Below are positions 24,591 through 36,793 of a DNA stretch of 64,000 nucleotides, piece after piece. The notes under the pieces are model-generated. The model saw nothing but the letters and a program-made list of their open reading frames with translations, was not told where the DNA came from and searched no databases. Position 1 is the stretch's first letter; every line of letters begins with the position of its first letter. Origin of the DNA: Hydrolagus colliei (taxonomy: Eukaryota); assembly GCA_035084275.1 (NCBI GenBank), contig CM068775.1, forward strand, positions 1,240,001-1,304,000, given 5' to 3'. The translations under genes and the position numbers were made by a program.

Positions 24591-25139
24591 AAACCGGTTC
24601 CTCAGTTTCTTCCCATAATCATTATTGCGACAGAAAATTGTGCCTCAAATTACAAAATAAAAGTTCAGGTTTCTAATAGGAAACCAGTGGGAAGACTGAT
24701 AGAGATGAAGAGTTACACTGTCTTCATTTCGTTGGATAGAATGGGCTAAAGTGGAGGAACCCGGAATGCGTATTGATTTGAACACAATGAGGATAATAAT
24801 AAAACATCAACAGAAATGGCTGGGAACACGCAGCAGGTCAGGCAGCATCTATAGAGAATGGAAAAGTCAGTCAACCGTTCGGGTCCACGATCGTTTGTCA
24901 GAACTGACGAATGGCCCTCAACCCAACCCAGGGCTCTCCAGGCTTCTCCCTCTGACCTGCTGCCGTCTCTGGGCTTCAGGCCTCGTCCCACCCCCACCCC
25001 CACCCTTTGAGGGGTCATCATTGCCATCGCTGCCAACACAAGTCTCCTGAAGGCAGCGAAAGTCTTGAGCGAGCGCCGACCGTTTGGGGCCGAGGAGCAC
25101 GCTGGGTGAGGGGGGAAGCAGCGCATGTGTCAGGCCACG

Positions 25140-25545
25140 TGCTGGCGGGGACCTGATAGAGGTCTTCAAGATCATGAAAGGTATCGACAGGCTAGATAGG
25201 GAAAAGCTGTTTCCTCTGGTAGGTGTGTCTGTGACACATGGTCACAGTCTTAAGATATCTACTAAAAGAGGCAGATTAGAGGTTAGAAGAAATGTTTTTA
25301 CTCAGCGAGTTGTTCGAATTTGGAATGATCTGCCTGAAAAGGTAGTGAGTTCCGATTCGATAGCAGCTTTTAAGATAGAACTAGATAGGTATCTGGGGAA
25401 GACGGGGTTCCGGGGTTATGGGGAGAAAGCTGGTGATTGGGGTTAATGAAAGTGACTTGCTCGGTCACAGAGCCGGCACAGACTCGATGGGCCGAATGGC
25501 CTCCTTCTGTGCCGTAACATTCTATGATTTTATGATTCTATGATT
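25140..25545 (+). mobile_element. CR1 LINE 3' fragment
   Basis: GGDLIEVFKIMKGIDRLDREKLFPL...FTQRVVRIWNDLP; ATTCTATG tail. Confidence 0.9.
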
Positions 25546-26519
25546 TGAGATCGCGCTTTTCACGTCTTCTAGACATTTCAAAGCGCTTCACAGAATATAC
25601 AGTAAAGTGAATTGACTGTGTACATGTGGGCGAAATGTGGCAGCCAATTGCGCACAGCAGTGTCCCACAAACAGTCATGGATTAAATGACCGATTTCTTA
25701 TTTGAGATATTGCACTTTTCAAGTTTTTTAGGCATCTCAAAGCGCTTAACTGAATATACTGTAAAGTGAATTGACTGTGCAGTTTGGGATTTACAGTGAA
25801 ATGAGATATTGATGCCTTTCACCCTCAGCTCAGCCGTCTCTGAACATTGAGCTGATTAGCTCTGAAATCATTAGTTTGCTGCCAGCGACCAGTGTCACTG
25901 TGTGTTAAGCATCTCATTTCACCCACAAATATACAGTCAAGTCACTTTACAGTATATTCTGTGAATTGTTTTGAAATGTCCAGAAGATGTGAAAAGCGCT
26001 ATAGCTAATGTAAGGCATATTATTATAAACAACTGGATCTCCTACACTGCAGCTGTGTTACGTAGAGTTTACTATTTGTTTATTCAAATACAATCTGTGT
26101 ATTTTTGGCAGATCAGTTGGTGTAAAACAGGAAACTGATGATTATAAAGCAGCAACGACCTCTTGTGTCTCTGTGCACTGTTAGGAAGCCTCATTCCATT
26201 GCTGTTAAAATCAATTGAAATGAAGTCTGAACTCTGACTGTCGCTGACTGAAATAGTGACTGGTGTGTGGGGCAGCTGAGGGAATGAGACTGTGAGCAAC
26301 ACATTATTGCCAATATCAATTAAAATGAAAACCTTCACTATTATTTCTGTAATATCTGAGCAGATTGAGTGGCTGTATTTTCAATCAGATTCCCAACAGT
26401 ATAAACCCACTTTACTCTCAGACTCACCCCCTCCCCCAGATCAGCCTCTTTAAACTGCAGCCACTTTCCTTATATTAAATAACGGATTGAAATACATATT
26501 AGAACCGATCAGATAACCT

Positions 26520-26790
26520 TCCAGTCGCTCATCCCACAACATTCAGGCCCTGATTCCCAACATGTGGGTAAAGTTTCAAACACTTTTATACAATTCCTGA
26601 CCACATTATACCCCCAAAATCAGCAGCCGCCAGTCACCGTGATCAGACATTGCAGAAAATCTATCAATGTAAATTCAGCTGTACAGTCACTAACCACCAA
26701 AAATATCACCAGCGATGAACTAAACATGGACAGAATAATCTTTAAATCAACAGTGGCAGTTGATAGCAATAGCAGTTAAATGCATTTAAA
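26520..26790 (-). other. Inverted paralog of the IgH J-downstream intron
   Basis: Reverse complement of about 8650-8910 and 63740-64000. Confidence 0.85.
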
Positions 26791-28108
26791 GCACATGCGA
26801 GGAGCTGATGCAAAGGAACCACATGATGCTACTCTGAAAAAGCCGCGGAGAGTTTTGCTGCCAGCAATGGGTGGCTTGATCGTTTTCGAAAGCGATACCA
26901 GGTACATTCTATCAAAATGTGCAGGGAAGGTGCTAGTGCTTTCTCTCTCTGTGTCTCTTTCTCTCTCTGTCTGTCTCGGATTGCGCTCTCCCTCTCTATT
27001 TGCCTCTCTATCCCAGTCTCTGTGTCTCTTTCTCCCTCTCTGTCTGAGTCTCTCGCTGTCACAATCTCACTCACAGTCTCCCTCTCTGTCTCAGTCTCTT
27101 TCTCTTTAACTCTCTCTCCCTGGCACCCCCTCCTCCTCCAGCAACTCCAGCAACAATTAAAATTCAATTCAAAAAATTTTCACTTGTAAAAAAAGTACAG
27201 TTCAGTATTGCAGCCTTCAATAGCAGTGCTACCTACCTTATGCCGTCGCTGGTACACCGCAAATGTTAGTGCTGGGCGCTAGGCTAGGCGCAAGTGTGGA
27301 AATATAATTAAACATATACCTATGTGTAATCAAATGATATTATAATTAGCATTAACATGTAATGATTACTAACTACATTATAGTTAAAAACAGACACATA
27401 GTTGAGCTAGGAGAATGCTGACCATATTATTTGGTCAGACAACTAAACCAGCTTCTCTAAGGTCAGAGTACACTGGGAGGGATGCCATTTACATTGGTCA
27501 ACTGAAGTCAGGACAAAGATTCACACCAACTGCATATGCAGTCCTGTGGGAATGGATGAATCACTATCAACCCAGAACAGATAAAGAGACAAGCGTACAG
27601 ACTGAATCTTATTATCTTATGTATTTCATGTAGGTCTGGTCAACACTCATTTCTCATGGGAACAGTCCTTGAGCCGGGTGGTACCACTGACGACAGCTTC
27701 TATAGCTATCTCTATGTGACTTTGATAAGTAAATGTGTCAAGATAGCATTCATTTTCTTTCTCTCTGTAATTATACTAATCCATGATGTATTGTTTTAAT
27801 TGTATAAAAGGAGACATTGGAGCATTTCCAAACTCAGAGGACAAGGGCGACTCCCATTGAGAGACGCATATTCTCTCCTTTACTAGTATCATATTAATAA
27901 AGCGCATTCTAATTATCTGTTTGAAGTGTTGTTTTCTAACAGATAAATAATACTACACAAATAGTGGATTCAGCACAAGTCATTATTGGGAACGATTTTT
28001 TTCTTATACGGAAACACAGTAGGGACCTCCCTCCTGCAAGCTTAACGCAATTTTCGCTTAACGAGGGGTTTTGAAGTCCCTAACCCCTTCATTAAGTGGG
28101 GGATACCT
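26790..28108 (+). mobile_element. Tigger/pogo-type DNA transposon remnant with nested (CT)n and solo LTR
   Basis: 26848-26940 encodes ESFAASNGWLDRFRKRY (CENP-B-type HTH motif). Right TIR-like TTAAGTGGGGGATACCT at about 28091-28107 abuts the TA present in the paralog at about 63006. Confidence 0.65.
27629..27956 (+). mobile_element. Solo-LTR-like repeat, copy 2
   Basis: TGTAGG...CTACA; similar to 16850-17195. Confidence 0.6.
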
Positions 28109-28402
28109 TTATGTCCAACAGCTCAGCTGGTAACGAGGATATTTGTGAACTGTCATCTAGTCAGCCTCCAATCGCAGTGCTTCCCGCCTCAAACAGCACA
28201 GTGTCACTTACCAGCTGAAATTACAGAATATTACAGCACAAATAAGCAGCTCATTCACCCACCATCAAACCACCGTTCACTGTATTTGTTTGGAATGATA
28301 AGGAATCCATTCTAAGCTTTTCCTTTAATCTTTTCCACAGACACATTGACACCATAACTGCCCTTCAGTTGAGGGTGGGAGGGGCTGCCTTTCCTCCCCT
28401 CA

Positions 28403-28918
28403 TGTATTTGTAGGAGACCAGCCCAGTTGCCTCTCACTGCGAGTCACTTGCACAGTAAGAGATGGCGGTGTCGTGAACTGTTGGGCTTTTGCTGTTCAGA
28501 TCGATGATGTTATTGGAATTATTACTGTTAACAGTGACACGGCTTTGAATGCCAGGTGTGTAACGACTGTTGGATGAGGATGTTGGGTGATGGAGGAGGA
28601 GTTATTCCAGCCCCTTCCCAGGAACCTGCTGGACTCAGGCCATCCAGTACTAGCTGAGATCAAACCCGCTGGTTCTACAGGTGAGTCTCAGGGCCTGGCC
28701 AGGCTTCCCAGTTAGAGACGACGGCTGTGTCAGCACCACATCAACCTGGACACCTGTAAAGAACAAATGACCGAAGATTAATTATTGTGAGATATCCCGG
28801 CTCTGTGACATTGCAGAGAGAATCACACACACACACACGCACAGTCAGACTTGTCCCAATAATAGAACTCACGGGAGAAGAGAGCCAGCAACAGACTGAG
28901 AGATATCAGGGACCTCAT
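28403..28918 (-). pseudogene. IGHV: IgH V pseudogene A: leader 28918-28873, V exon 28753-28442, 23-RSS 28441-28403
   Basis: Leader MRSLISLSLLLALFS, GT-AG intron, [44 protein letters not shown]...DTAISYCAS (three stops, including the conserved FR2 Trp). Heptamer CGCAGTG + 23 + ACAAATACA. Confidence 0.95.
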
Positions 28919-30027
28919 GTTTCTGGGCAATTGTCAGAACTGACCCTTGAGACCAATAACCGAGGGACAAAGATCTGCCGGATGGACAGATGGCCTCAGT
29001 CCCCAGTGACCGCTATTTAACAAGGGGCAGTGGGGCCAGGTGTTTGGAGAATGGACCAACAGCTACAGGACTGAGGGGAGTCACGCCTCACATTCCCTCT
29101 GACCTGCACAGATCAATAATTGTGCCCTTTACATTCTGCATTGACAGCAACTTCATATTAATATAAGTGTCAATAGTATTAGCCCCAGCACTGACCCTGA
29201 AGCCTCGTGAATAGTTTCCTTTAATGTGTGTTTGCATCTCTGTGTGTGTGTGTGCTAGTGAGTGTGTATGTGTGGACAAGGATGGTACGTTCAACCCAAT
29301 TCTATGGGTACAGTGAGCGACTTTTCAAGGTAGGGAGATGGTGACAAAGAAAGTGTTGACGTTATCATGGATGATATGGTTGTGATGATAGATGATGGGG
29401 AGACTGGTTCAAAGGTGTGAAAGGAGGAACACTAGGATTTGGATAGCAGAGAAGTGGGGAGGGGGTGGAAGTTGGATATTGGAAGGGTATTGACAGCTGA
29501 GCAGATTCCAGCATCTCCTCGCAGTGGGAGTTGGAGGAAAGGATCTGCAGGGCAAGGCGGGGAGGGCAGAGGAGCCAGTTTGTCATTGAGAACAGGAGCC
29601 TTGGATTGTCCTTCGCCTCCAAGATTATCCTGCATGGAAGGAAGAGTTGGCAGAGGCCGGAGCTCTAACAATGTAATTTTATTGTTGTTGTTGTAGATTG
29701 AGCGCAGTAATCACCTTCATTATGTCACTGCTTTCAGTGTATTGAATTCTGTAGCCAATGATTGAACAACTGAAAACAAACGGGAACTGACTCCACATTT
29801 TCATGTGCTTCATAACTACAACAACAACAGAATTCAGTTCAGCAGCTGGAGTAATGTTTTATATTTCACTTGTTGCCTGAAATGTTTACAACCGTTTCTA
29901 TCTCTACAACCTATCATTTATTTTCATGGTGGTTGTGTTTTTTCCTTCTCCAACCTCTTCAATGTTGAATGCATGAGCGTGTGTGTCAATACTTAAGGAT
30001 GATTTTGCAAAATAAAAGTTAAATAAA

Positions 30028-30100
30028 TGTTTCCACCAGGTTTCGAACCTGGGACCTTTCATATGTGAGGTGAACATGATAACCACTACACTACAGAAAC
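30028..30100 (-). tRNA. tRNA-Val(CAC), probably a pseudogene
   Basis: GTTTCTGTAGTGTAGTGGTTATCATGTTCACCTCACATATGAAAGGTCCCAGGTTCGAAACCTGGTGGAAACA matches vertebrate Val-CAC apart from mostly CpG-type changes; one anticodon-stem mismatch. Confidence 0.85.
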
Positions 30101-30429
30101 TTCAGTGACCTGATTACCATCAAGAGTTTAATACAAAATCCTTTTGTATTAAGATCCAAAAGATGCCTTTTGGATCTTTGTCAAAACTCAAATGCAGGGT
30201 TGGGTTTGAACAGCTCAAATCCCACCGCTGACGAATGTTTATCTTATCAAACTCCCAATTCATGATAATGAGCCATGGACATTGCCCTGTTATTATCAGT
30301 TCCCTGGAGAACTGCAGGTACGCTGGGCTGAGGAGGAAGATGACTGAGATCACCACAGAGGATAGACTTGACCCTGTTATTCCATCGTTAACCACCTCCT
30401 CTGGGATCCAGCTGAATCCTAGCCTCACC

Positions 30430-31215
30430 CCCCAGGAAAGTTGTATCTAATTAACTGGGAATAATCTAAGTGAGGCAGGTACAGGTACAGGATACATGCA
30501 GGGAATATTGGCTGCTGGGACTTCCAATGCCCACTTTGTTGCCTCCACCAGGCACATTATCCCAATGACACAAACTCCGCCGCCGCATTCTCACCCATAA
30601 TAAACTGCCTCCTTCACACCAGTGCAGCCAGATCCACTTATTCTCCATCACTGAACAGGTTCATTTCAAGATCCTCACCCTCGTTTAAGAAACTCTTCAT
30701 CACCTGACACCTCCCTACCACTCCAACCTGTTTACTGCCCAAACCACAACCCATTGCCTCTGCTCCACTGGCTTGGTTTTCTGCATGTCTCTCATGACCT
30801 CTGGTAGCCTTGCTTTCAGCAATTACAATCATAATCCTTGCATTTGATACAGTGCTTTTTGTGTCCTAGGCGTCTCACTCAATGTACTTCACAGAATATA
30901 TCAGTGGGCTCTGGCCTGCTCCATGTCCTCTGCCTGAAACACCCTACCATTGATGACCGGGCTTTCAGTCTCTCTGCACCCACACTCTGGAACTCCATCT
31001 CGCAATCACTCCACCTTGCTTTCCTCCTTCAAGACTGGTCTCAATATGTTCCTCTTTAACTGTGCCTTCTGCTGCCCTCCCTACTCTTCCACCTTTTCTA
31101 CTCTCTGTCCCCCTGCCATTCTCCTAACCTTCCCCCCCTGCTCGGGTCCCGATCTCACTATTCAGCATCTTGGGATATCCTCCCAATGTGAAAGGCGCTC
31201 TATAAATGTAATTTT
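30430..31215 (+). mobile_element. L2-clade LINE 3' fragment
   Basis: RAFSLSAPTLWNSI; 3' end AAGGCGCTCTATAAATGTAATTTTGTTGTTG as in the other L2 tails. Confidence 0.7.
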
Positions 31216-31400
31216 GTTGTTGTTGTATATTATCAGTGAATTTACTTTTGCGAGCGGAATGCTGCAGCCAACAGCAGTGTCCTGCAAACAGTTGTGGATT
31301 GAAGTGACCAATCTATTATTGTGTTTATTTGAAGGGATTGTTAGCAGGTGTGTAAAGAAAGTTGCCCAAGGGGAGTGTGGAATACAAATGTGTTGCCTTG

Positions 31401-31865
31401 TAAGAACATAAGAATTAGGAGCAGGAGTAGGCCATTCGGCCCTTCGAGCCTGCTCCACCATTCAATAAGATCATGGCTGATCTTCTCACCTAACTCTGAT
31501 TACCTGCCCTATCCACATATCCCCTAATCCCTCTATTTCAAAAATCTATCAGTCTCAGCCTTGAAAATGTTCAAGGACTGAGCATCTACAGCCTTCTGCG
31601 GGGGGAGTGAATTCCATAAACTCACTACCCTCTGAGTGAAGAAATGTTTCCTCAACTCTGTTCTAAAAGGCTGACCCTTAATTTTAAGACTGTGACCCCT
31701 GATTATAGATTATCCTGCCAGAGGAAACTGTCCCTCAGTGTCTACTTTATCCAGCCCTTTAAGAATCTTATATGTTTCAATAAGATCCCCCCTAATTCTT
31801 CTGTACTCTGGAGAATACAGCCCTAGTTTATTCAACCTATCCTCACAGGTCAGTCCCCTCATCCG
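31401..31865 (-). mobile_element. CR1-type LINE 3' fragment
   Basis: AGAACATAAGAA tail and GGCCATTCGGCCC motif; FFTQRVV-like sequence on minus. Confidence 0.75.
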
Positions 31866-31976
31866 GAATGTGACAAAAATCGCAGGAAAACGCCAATCCT
31901 ACTGCTCCAGGCCAGGTCTACACGGTCACCGCACTGGAATATCGCAACCGGACTCAGGCATTTCCTGACTCGGGAG

Positions 31977-33312
31977 GTGCTTCTTTCTTCCTCGCCCTCC
32001 TCACTTTCTCTCTACTACCCCCCCCCCCCCCCTCACTTTCTCTCTACTCCCCCCCCCTCCCCCCCTCCTCACTGCCCCCCCTGCCCCCTGCCCTCCTCAC
32101 TTTCTCTCTACTCCCCCCCCCTCCCCCCCTCCTCACTGCCCCCCCTGCCCCCTGCCCTCCTCACTTTCTCTCTACTACCCCCCCCCCCCCTCACTTTCTC
32201 TCTACTCCCCCCCCCCTCCTCTCTGCTCCCCCCCCCCCACCTCCTCTCTGCCCCCCCTGCCCTCCTCACTTTCTCTCTGCTCCCCCCCCCCCCCTCACTT
32301 TCTCTCTACTCCCCCCCCCCTCCTCACTTTCTCTCTACTCCCCCACCCCCCCCTCCTCACTTTCTCTCTACTCCCCCCCCCCCCATCCTCTCTGGCCCCC
32401 CTGCCCTCCTCACTTTCTCTCTACCCCCCCCCCCCTACTCTCTGCTCCCCCCCTCCTCTCTGCCCCCCCTGCCCTCCTCACTTTCTCTCTACCCCCCCCC
32501 CTCCTCTCTGCCCCCCCTGCCCTCCTCACTTTCTCTCTACTCCCCCCCCCTACTCTCTGCTCCCCCCCTCCCCCCCCCCTCCTCTCTGCCCCCCCCCTCC
32601 TCCCTGCCCCCCCTGCCCTCCTCACTTTCTCTCTACTCCCCCACCCCCTCCTCACTTTCTCTCTACTCCCCCCCCCCTCCCCCCCTCCTCACTGCCCCCC
32701 CTGCCCCCTGCCCTCCTCACTTTCTCTCTGCCCCCCCCCTCCTCTCTGCCCCCCCCTGCCCTCCTCACTTTCTCTCTACTCCCCCCCCCCCTCCTCACTT
32801 TCTCTCTACTCCCCACCCCCCTCCTCTCTGCCCCCCCTGCCCTCCTCTCTTTCTCTCTGCTCCCCCCCCCCTCCTCTCTGCCCCCCCCTCCTCTCTGCCC
32901 CCCCTGCCCTCCTCTCTTTCTCTCTGCCCCCCCCTCCTCTCTGCCCCCCCTGCCCTCCTCTCTTTCTCTCTGCCCCCCCCTCCTCTCTGCCCCCCCTGCC
33001 CTCCTCTCTTTCTCTCTGCCCCCCCCTCCTCTCTGCCCCCCCTGCCCTCCTCTCTTTCTCTCTGCCCCCCCCCTCTCTATCCTCCCCTCCTCTCTGCCCC
33101 CCCTCCACTCCTCTCTTTCTCTCTGCTCCCCCCCCCCTCCTCTCTGCCCCCCCTGCCCTCCTCTCTTTCTCTCTGCCCGTGCCCCCTCCTCTCTGCCCCC
33201 CCTGCCCTCCTCTCTTTCTCTCTGCCCCCCCCTCTCTATCCTCCCCTCCTCTCTTTCTCAGTGCCCCACACTCTCTATCCCCCACTCAATCTCTATCTCT
33301 CTGTACCCCACC
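31977..33312. repeat. 1.3-kb C/T-rich degenerate minisatellite
   Basis: Units such as CCCTCCTCACTTTCTCTCTACTCCCC and CCTCTCTGCCCCCCCTG; the 447-aa Pro/Leu/Ser ORF is compositional. Confidence 0.9.
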
Positions 33313-33328
33313 CCATTTAAGCCACAAT

Positions 33329-35568
33329 GTGAATTGTGGCTTAAATGGATCAATCATTTTGAACGTTATCACATCGCCTCAGGTCTCAATGAAAAAGATG
33401 ACATAAAACAGGTGAGCGCACTCCTATTTTCCATGGGAGATTGCGCTGATAACATTATAATCACTCTGTGAATAGATGAGAAAACTGCAACATATGATGA
33501 AGTTATAGAAGCACTAACTGAACACTATGAAGGCAGACGAAATGTGATCGTGGAGAGGGTTCAGTTTAACAGGCGAAAACAAGTGCCAGGCGAATCCATT
33601 GATGTTTTCATACAAGATTTGTTTAGACTAGCGGATAACTGTCAATATAGCGAGCTCAAGGGCAGCTTAATCAGAGACAGAATTGTTGTTGGAGTGCTGG
33701 ATGAAAAATTGTCAGATTCTCTGCAGACCCAACCGGACCTCACGCTTGACAAAGCGGTCCATATATGCCGTCAGTCAGAGGCAAGATATAACAGCCGAGA
33801 CATTGTCCGTGGTGACACCAGGTCCACTAGCATCGATCATGTCACTAAACGCAAAACTCCATCCAACGACAACAGCTTAAAGTCGAGCAAACAAATGCAG
33901 CAAACACGAGAATGTGCTATAACCGATACATCTACATATAATGGGAATGATCAACCAACTGGGGAAGTTCGACCCTAGGTTGGCGGAGATCAACGAGCCA
34001 TTACGCCAGCTGCTACAGAAAGAGACAGCTTGGTATTGGGGTAACGCACAGCAGAGTTCATTTCAAAACGTGAAAGATTTGCTACTTTCATCTGTAGTTC
34101 TCGCTCACTATGACCCAAAACGTCCAACCTTCGTTGCCACTGACGCTTCAGCATCTGACATTGGTGCCGTTCTTCTTCAGATTCCAAGGTCGATAATTGT
34201 CAATGGTGTGGCAGACAACGCCATCCAATCTACTATGCATCACGTTCTCTCTGTGACACAGAAAAGCGATATGCAGTAATCGAAAAAGAAGCACTAGCTG
34301 CAACCGGGGCTTGTGAGAAGTTCTCTGACTATGTACTAGGACTACACTTCATCCTCGAGACAGATCACAAACCACTTGTGTCCCTTCTTCAGATGAAGGA
34401 ACTTGATAAGATGCCTCCACGCATACAGCGATTCCGCCTTCGTCTGATGAGATTTAGTCCAACAGTCCAGTAGGTTCCAGGCAAACACCAGAACACACCC
34501 GATGCACTATCCTGTACTCCTGTCGGCACACCCGAGGAATCCGACACTGCGCTGATTGCAGAAATTGAAACTTTTGCGAATCATACAATGAATACACTAC
34601 CAGCGAGTAGATGATGCCAACTTGACATCGCCGCAGCTCAAAAAGCAGACAAAGAGTGCGCGCAGATCAAAGAGTATTGCTTAAGTGGTTGGCCTGCTTA
34701 CATGCCACACACACCACCAGTTCGCCAAGGTACCCACAGGCAAACGGCGAAGCTGAGAGAGCAGTTCGTACAATGAAAGGGCTACTCAAAAAGAATGAAG
34801 ATCCCTATCTTGCCCTCCTGACGTACACAGCGTCTCCTCTCCAGAATGGCCTGTCACCAAGCGAGCTGCTGATGAGCAGGAAACTTCGAACAACACTGGC
34901 TATTCTTCCATCAAACCTTCAACCAAAGGTTCAATCCGACCAGAAGATCCGACAGAAGGAAGAGGTACATCGTGCAAACCAGCAACAAAACTTCAACCTT
35001 TGTCACCACACTAGAGATTTGCCAGAGCTTCATCCCGGCGACACTGTTTGGATCGAAGATCAGGACCGCCACGGAACTGTCCTCAACCAAACTTCCAACC
35101 CACGATCCTACATCATAAAAACCAGTCCCGGCCACAGTTCGATGAAACCGATCAGCTCTGGTTAAAGCACCACCTAAAAAACCACTACTGGAACCTCCAC
35201 CAACTACACCAACTGATGTAACAGAACAGACCGCAACTTCACCTCAGAAGTTCTCACCGTCTCCATCATTGTCACAAACGCCGAGTGTTCAACCACCAGC
35301 TGTGATGACAACACATGGACGTGTAGTGAAACCTCCTGATCGCCTTAATTTTTAAGTGATCTTAAAGTACACCTGTCTGTACTTGGGGGGAGATGTAGGA
35401 TTATGCTAATCACTATGCCTTTATATGTAGATGTAACGGTTATAGCACCTTCTCGTGACCACTGTGGTAGCACATGGAATTGCATGCTTGTGGTCTCTTC
35501 TTAATAAAGCGGTCTTACATGAAAGTCGATCTCTCCATGGCCTCTCTTTTATATCTCGAATATAACAC
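33329..35568 (+). mobile_element. Ty3/gypsy element, internally deleted (gag, RNaseH, integrase fragments, PPT, 3' LTR)
   Basis: ORFs 33544-33978 (gag), 33941-34279 (ATDASASDIGAVLLQ), 34656-35165 (YPQANGEAERAVRT); PPT GGGGGGAGA at 35385-35393; LTR 35394-35568 (TG...CA, AATAAA). Confidence 0.9.
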
Positions 35569-35589
35569 TGCACTGCTTAACTGACGTAT

Positions 35590-35738
35590 GTATGTGCGCT
35601 TGTGTCCAGAAGGGCGCGAGATTTAAACTTTCGTTATAGCGAGCGCAGCCTTCGCTAAGCGAATAGGTGGGTACAAATAGAAACCCTCGTTATAGTGAAG
35701 TTTCATTAACAGGGCGTTTGTTAAGCGCGGGCTACCTG
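35590..35738 (+). mobile_element. Tigger-like MITE end fragment
   Basis: Repeated CGTTATAG/TTAAGCG motifs ending in GGGCTACCTG|TA. Confidence 0.45.
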
Positions 35739-35849
35739 TATTTTTAATTTTTATTAGAGATTAACTGCAAAGTGGGGCATTTCAAATTCACATTAATTGT
35801 GGAGATTAACACATTTTAAAAATATGTCAAACAGAAAAGGAATGGCTTT

Positions 35850-35920
35850 TGCCTTGACTGGGATTGGAACCGAGGTTGCTGCAGCCACAACACAGAGTAC
35901 TAACAGAGTACAGTCACAGC
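35850..35920 (-). tRNA. tRNA-His(GTG) pseudogene
   Basis: TTAGTACTCTGTGTTGTGGCTGCAGCAACCTCGGTTCCAATCCCAGTCAAGGCA matches vertebrate His-GTG; D-arm and B-box damaged. Confidence 0.8.
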
Positions 35921-36720
35921 TGTACACTTGCCTCCACATACACAGCAGTTACCAACAAGTATAAGACACAATATGCAATTATATTTTGAGAATTAACAGG
36001 TTATTCACTGCTGTGGATGTGTTTGCTCTTACTCCGACAGTTCAAAATACTTTATATTTTAATGAGGTTAACAACTGAGACAAACTGGCTTTGATTGTAC
36101 TTTTTTTTTTGTCTTCTAGACATCTCAATGCGATTCACAAAATATACTGTAAAATGAATTGACTGGATATTTGTGGGTGTAACACATCAGATAATTACAA
36201 ACAAGCGATCTGACTCACAATTGGGTTCCTGCTGACTACTTGATAAACAGAGGTGTGTTGCGTAAGGAAACTTGGCCCATAAGAATCAAACCCAGGTCCC
36301 TGGTTAGCAAGGTGAGCACAATCATGATTTCTGACATAATCAATACTTACCTGAATTTCTACACTCACTGGTTGTTGAACTCTAACCTCTCAATGCCCTG
36401 AAAGCTGAGGAAGTCAATTGTTTGAGTTGAGCAGGTCCTGAATGTAACTGTTGTTGCTGATGGTGAGGCATTGCAAACAATAATCCTGGGGGAAACGTGA
36501 GACATTATTTGGAGTCAAATGAGGTGAAAAGGCCTGGATCACAGTATTTGTGCTGATCAGAGAAGTCCAACATTAAAAGGTTGGTAAAAGCCCAGTAAAT
36601 AGTCACTCAAATTGTTACTGCAGCAAAACAAAAATGAAAAACAATGGGTACGTTGTTTGTGACCTTATTTCAAGTGCGAGTAAAGAGTTGAACAAGAATA
36701 GATTTGTTTCAGAAGAGGAT

Positions 36721-36793
36721 CGTCCCTGGATGGGTTTGAACCATCAACCTTCAGTTAATAGCCAAACGTACTAACCAATTACGCCACAGAGAC
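36721..36793 (-). tRNA. tRNA-Asn-derived pseudogene (anticodon GTT>ATT)
   Basis: GTCTCTGTGGCGTAATTGGTTAGTACGTTTGGCTATTAACTGAAGGTTGATGGTTCAAACCCATCCAGGGACG matches vertebrate Asn-GTT. Confidence 0.85.

Noticed and set aside
24825-24970. Imperfect palindrome (CAGCAGGTCAG...CTGACCTGCTG) as a novel structured RNA
   Set aside because: Resembles the common palindromic Penelope-type repeat end of fish and shark genomes.
26084-26280. Acceptor-like TTCCCTCAG on minus about 0.25 kb past the J-intron paralog, a possible CH1 exon
   Set aside because: No Ig C-domain Cys/Trp pattern in any frame.
31977-33320. 447-aa Pro/Leu/Ser-rich ORF (extensin-like) and antisense Gly/Arg/Glu ORFs
   Set aside because: C/T minisatellite that cannot readily form stop codons; no splice or domain evidence.
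36343-36485. ATACTTACCTG, the U1 snRNA 5' end
   Set aside because: The following sequence does not match U1. It reads better as an antisense donor of a 135-nt exon-like segment (36485-36351), but that has stops in all three frames and the paralog at about 46420 lacks the donor.
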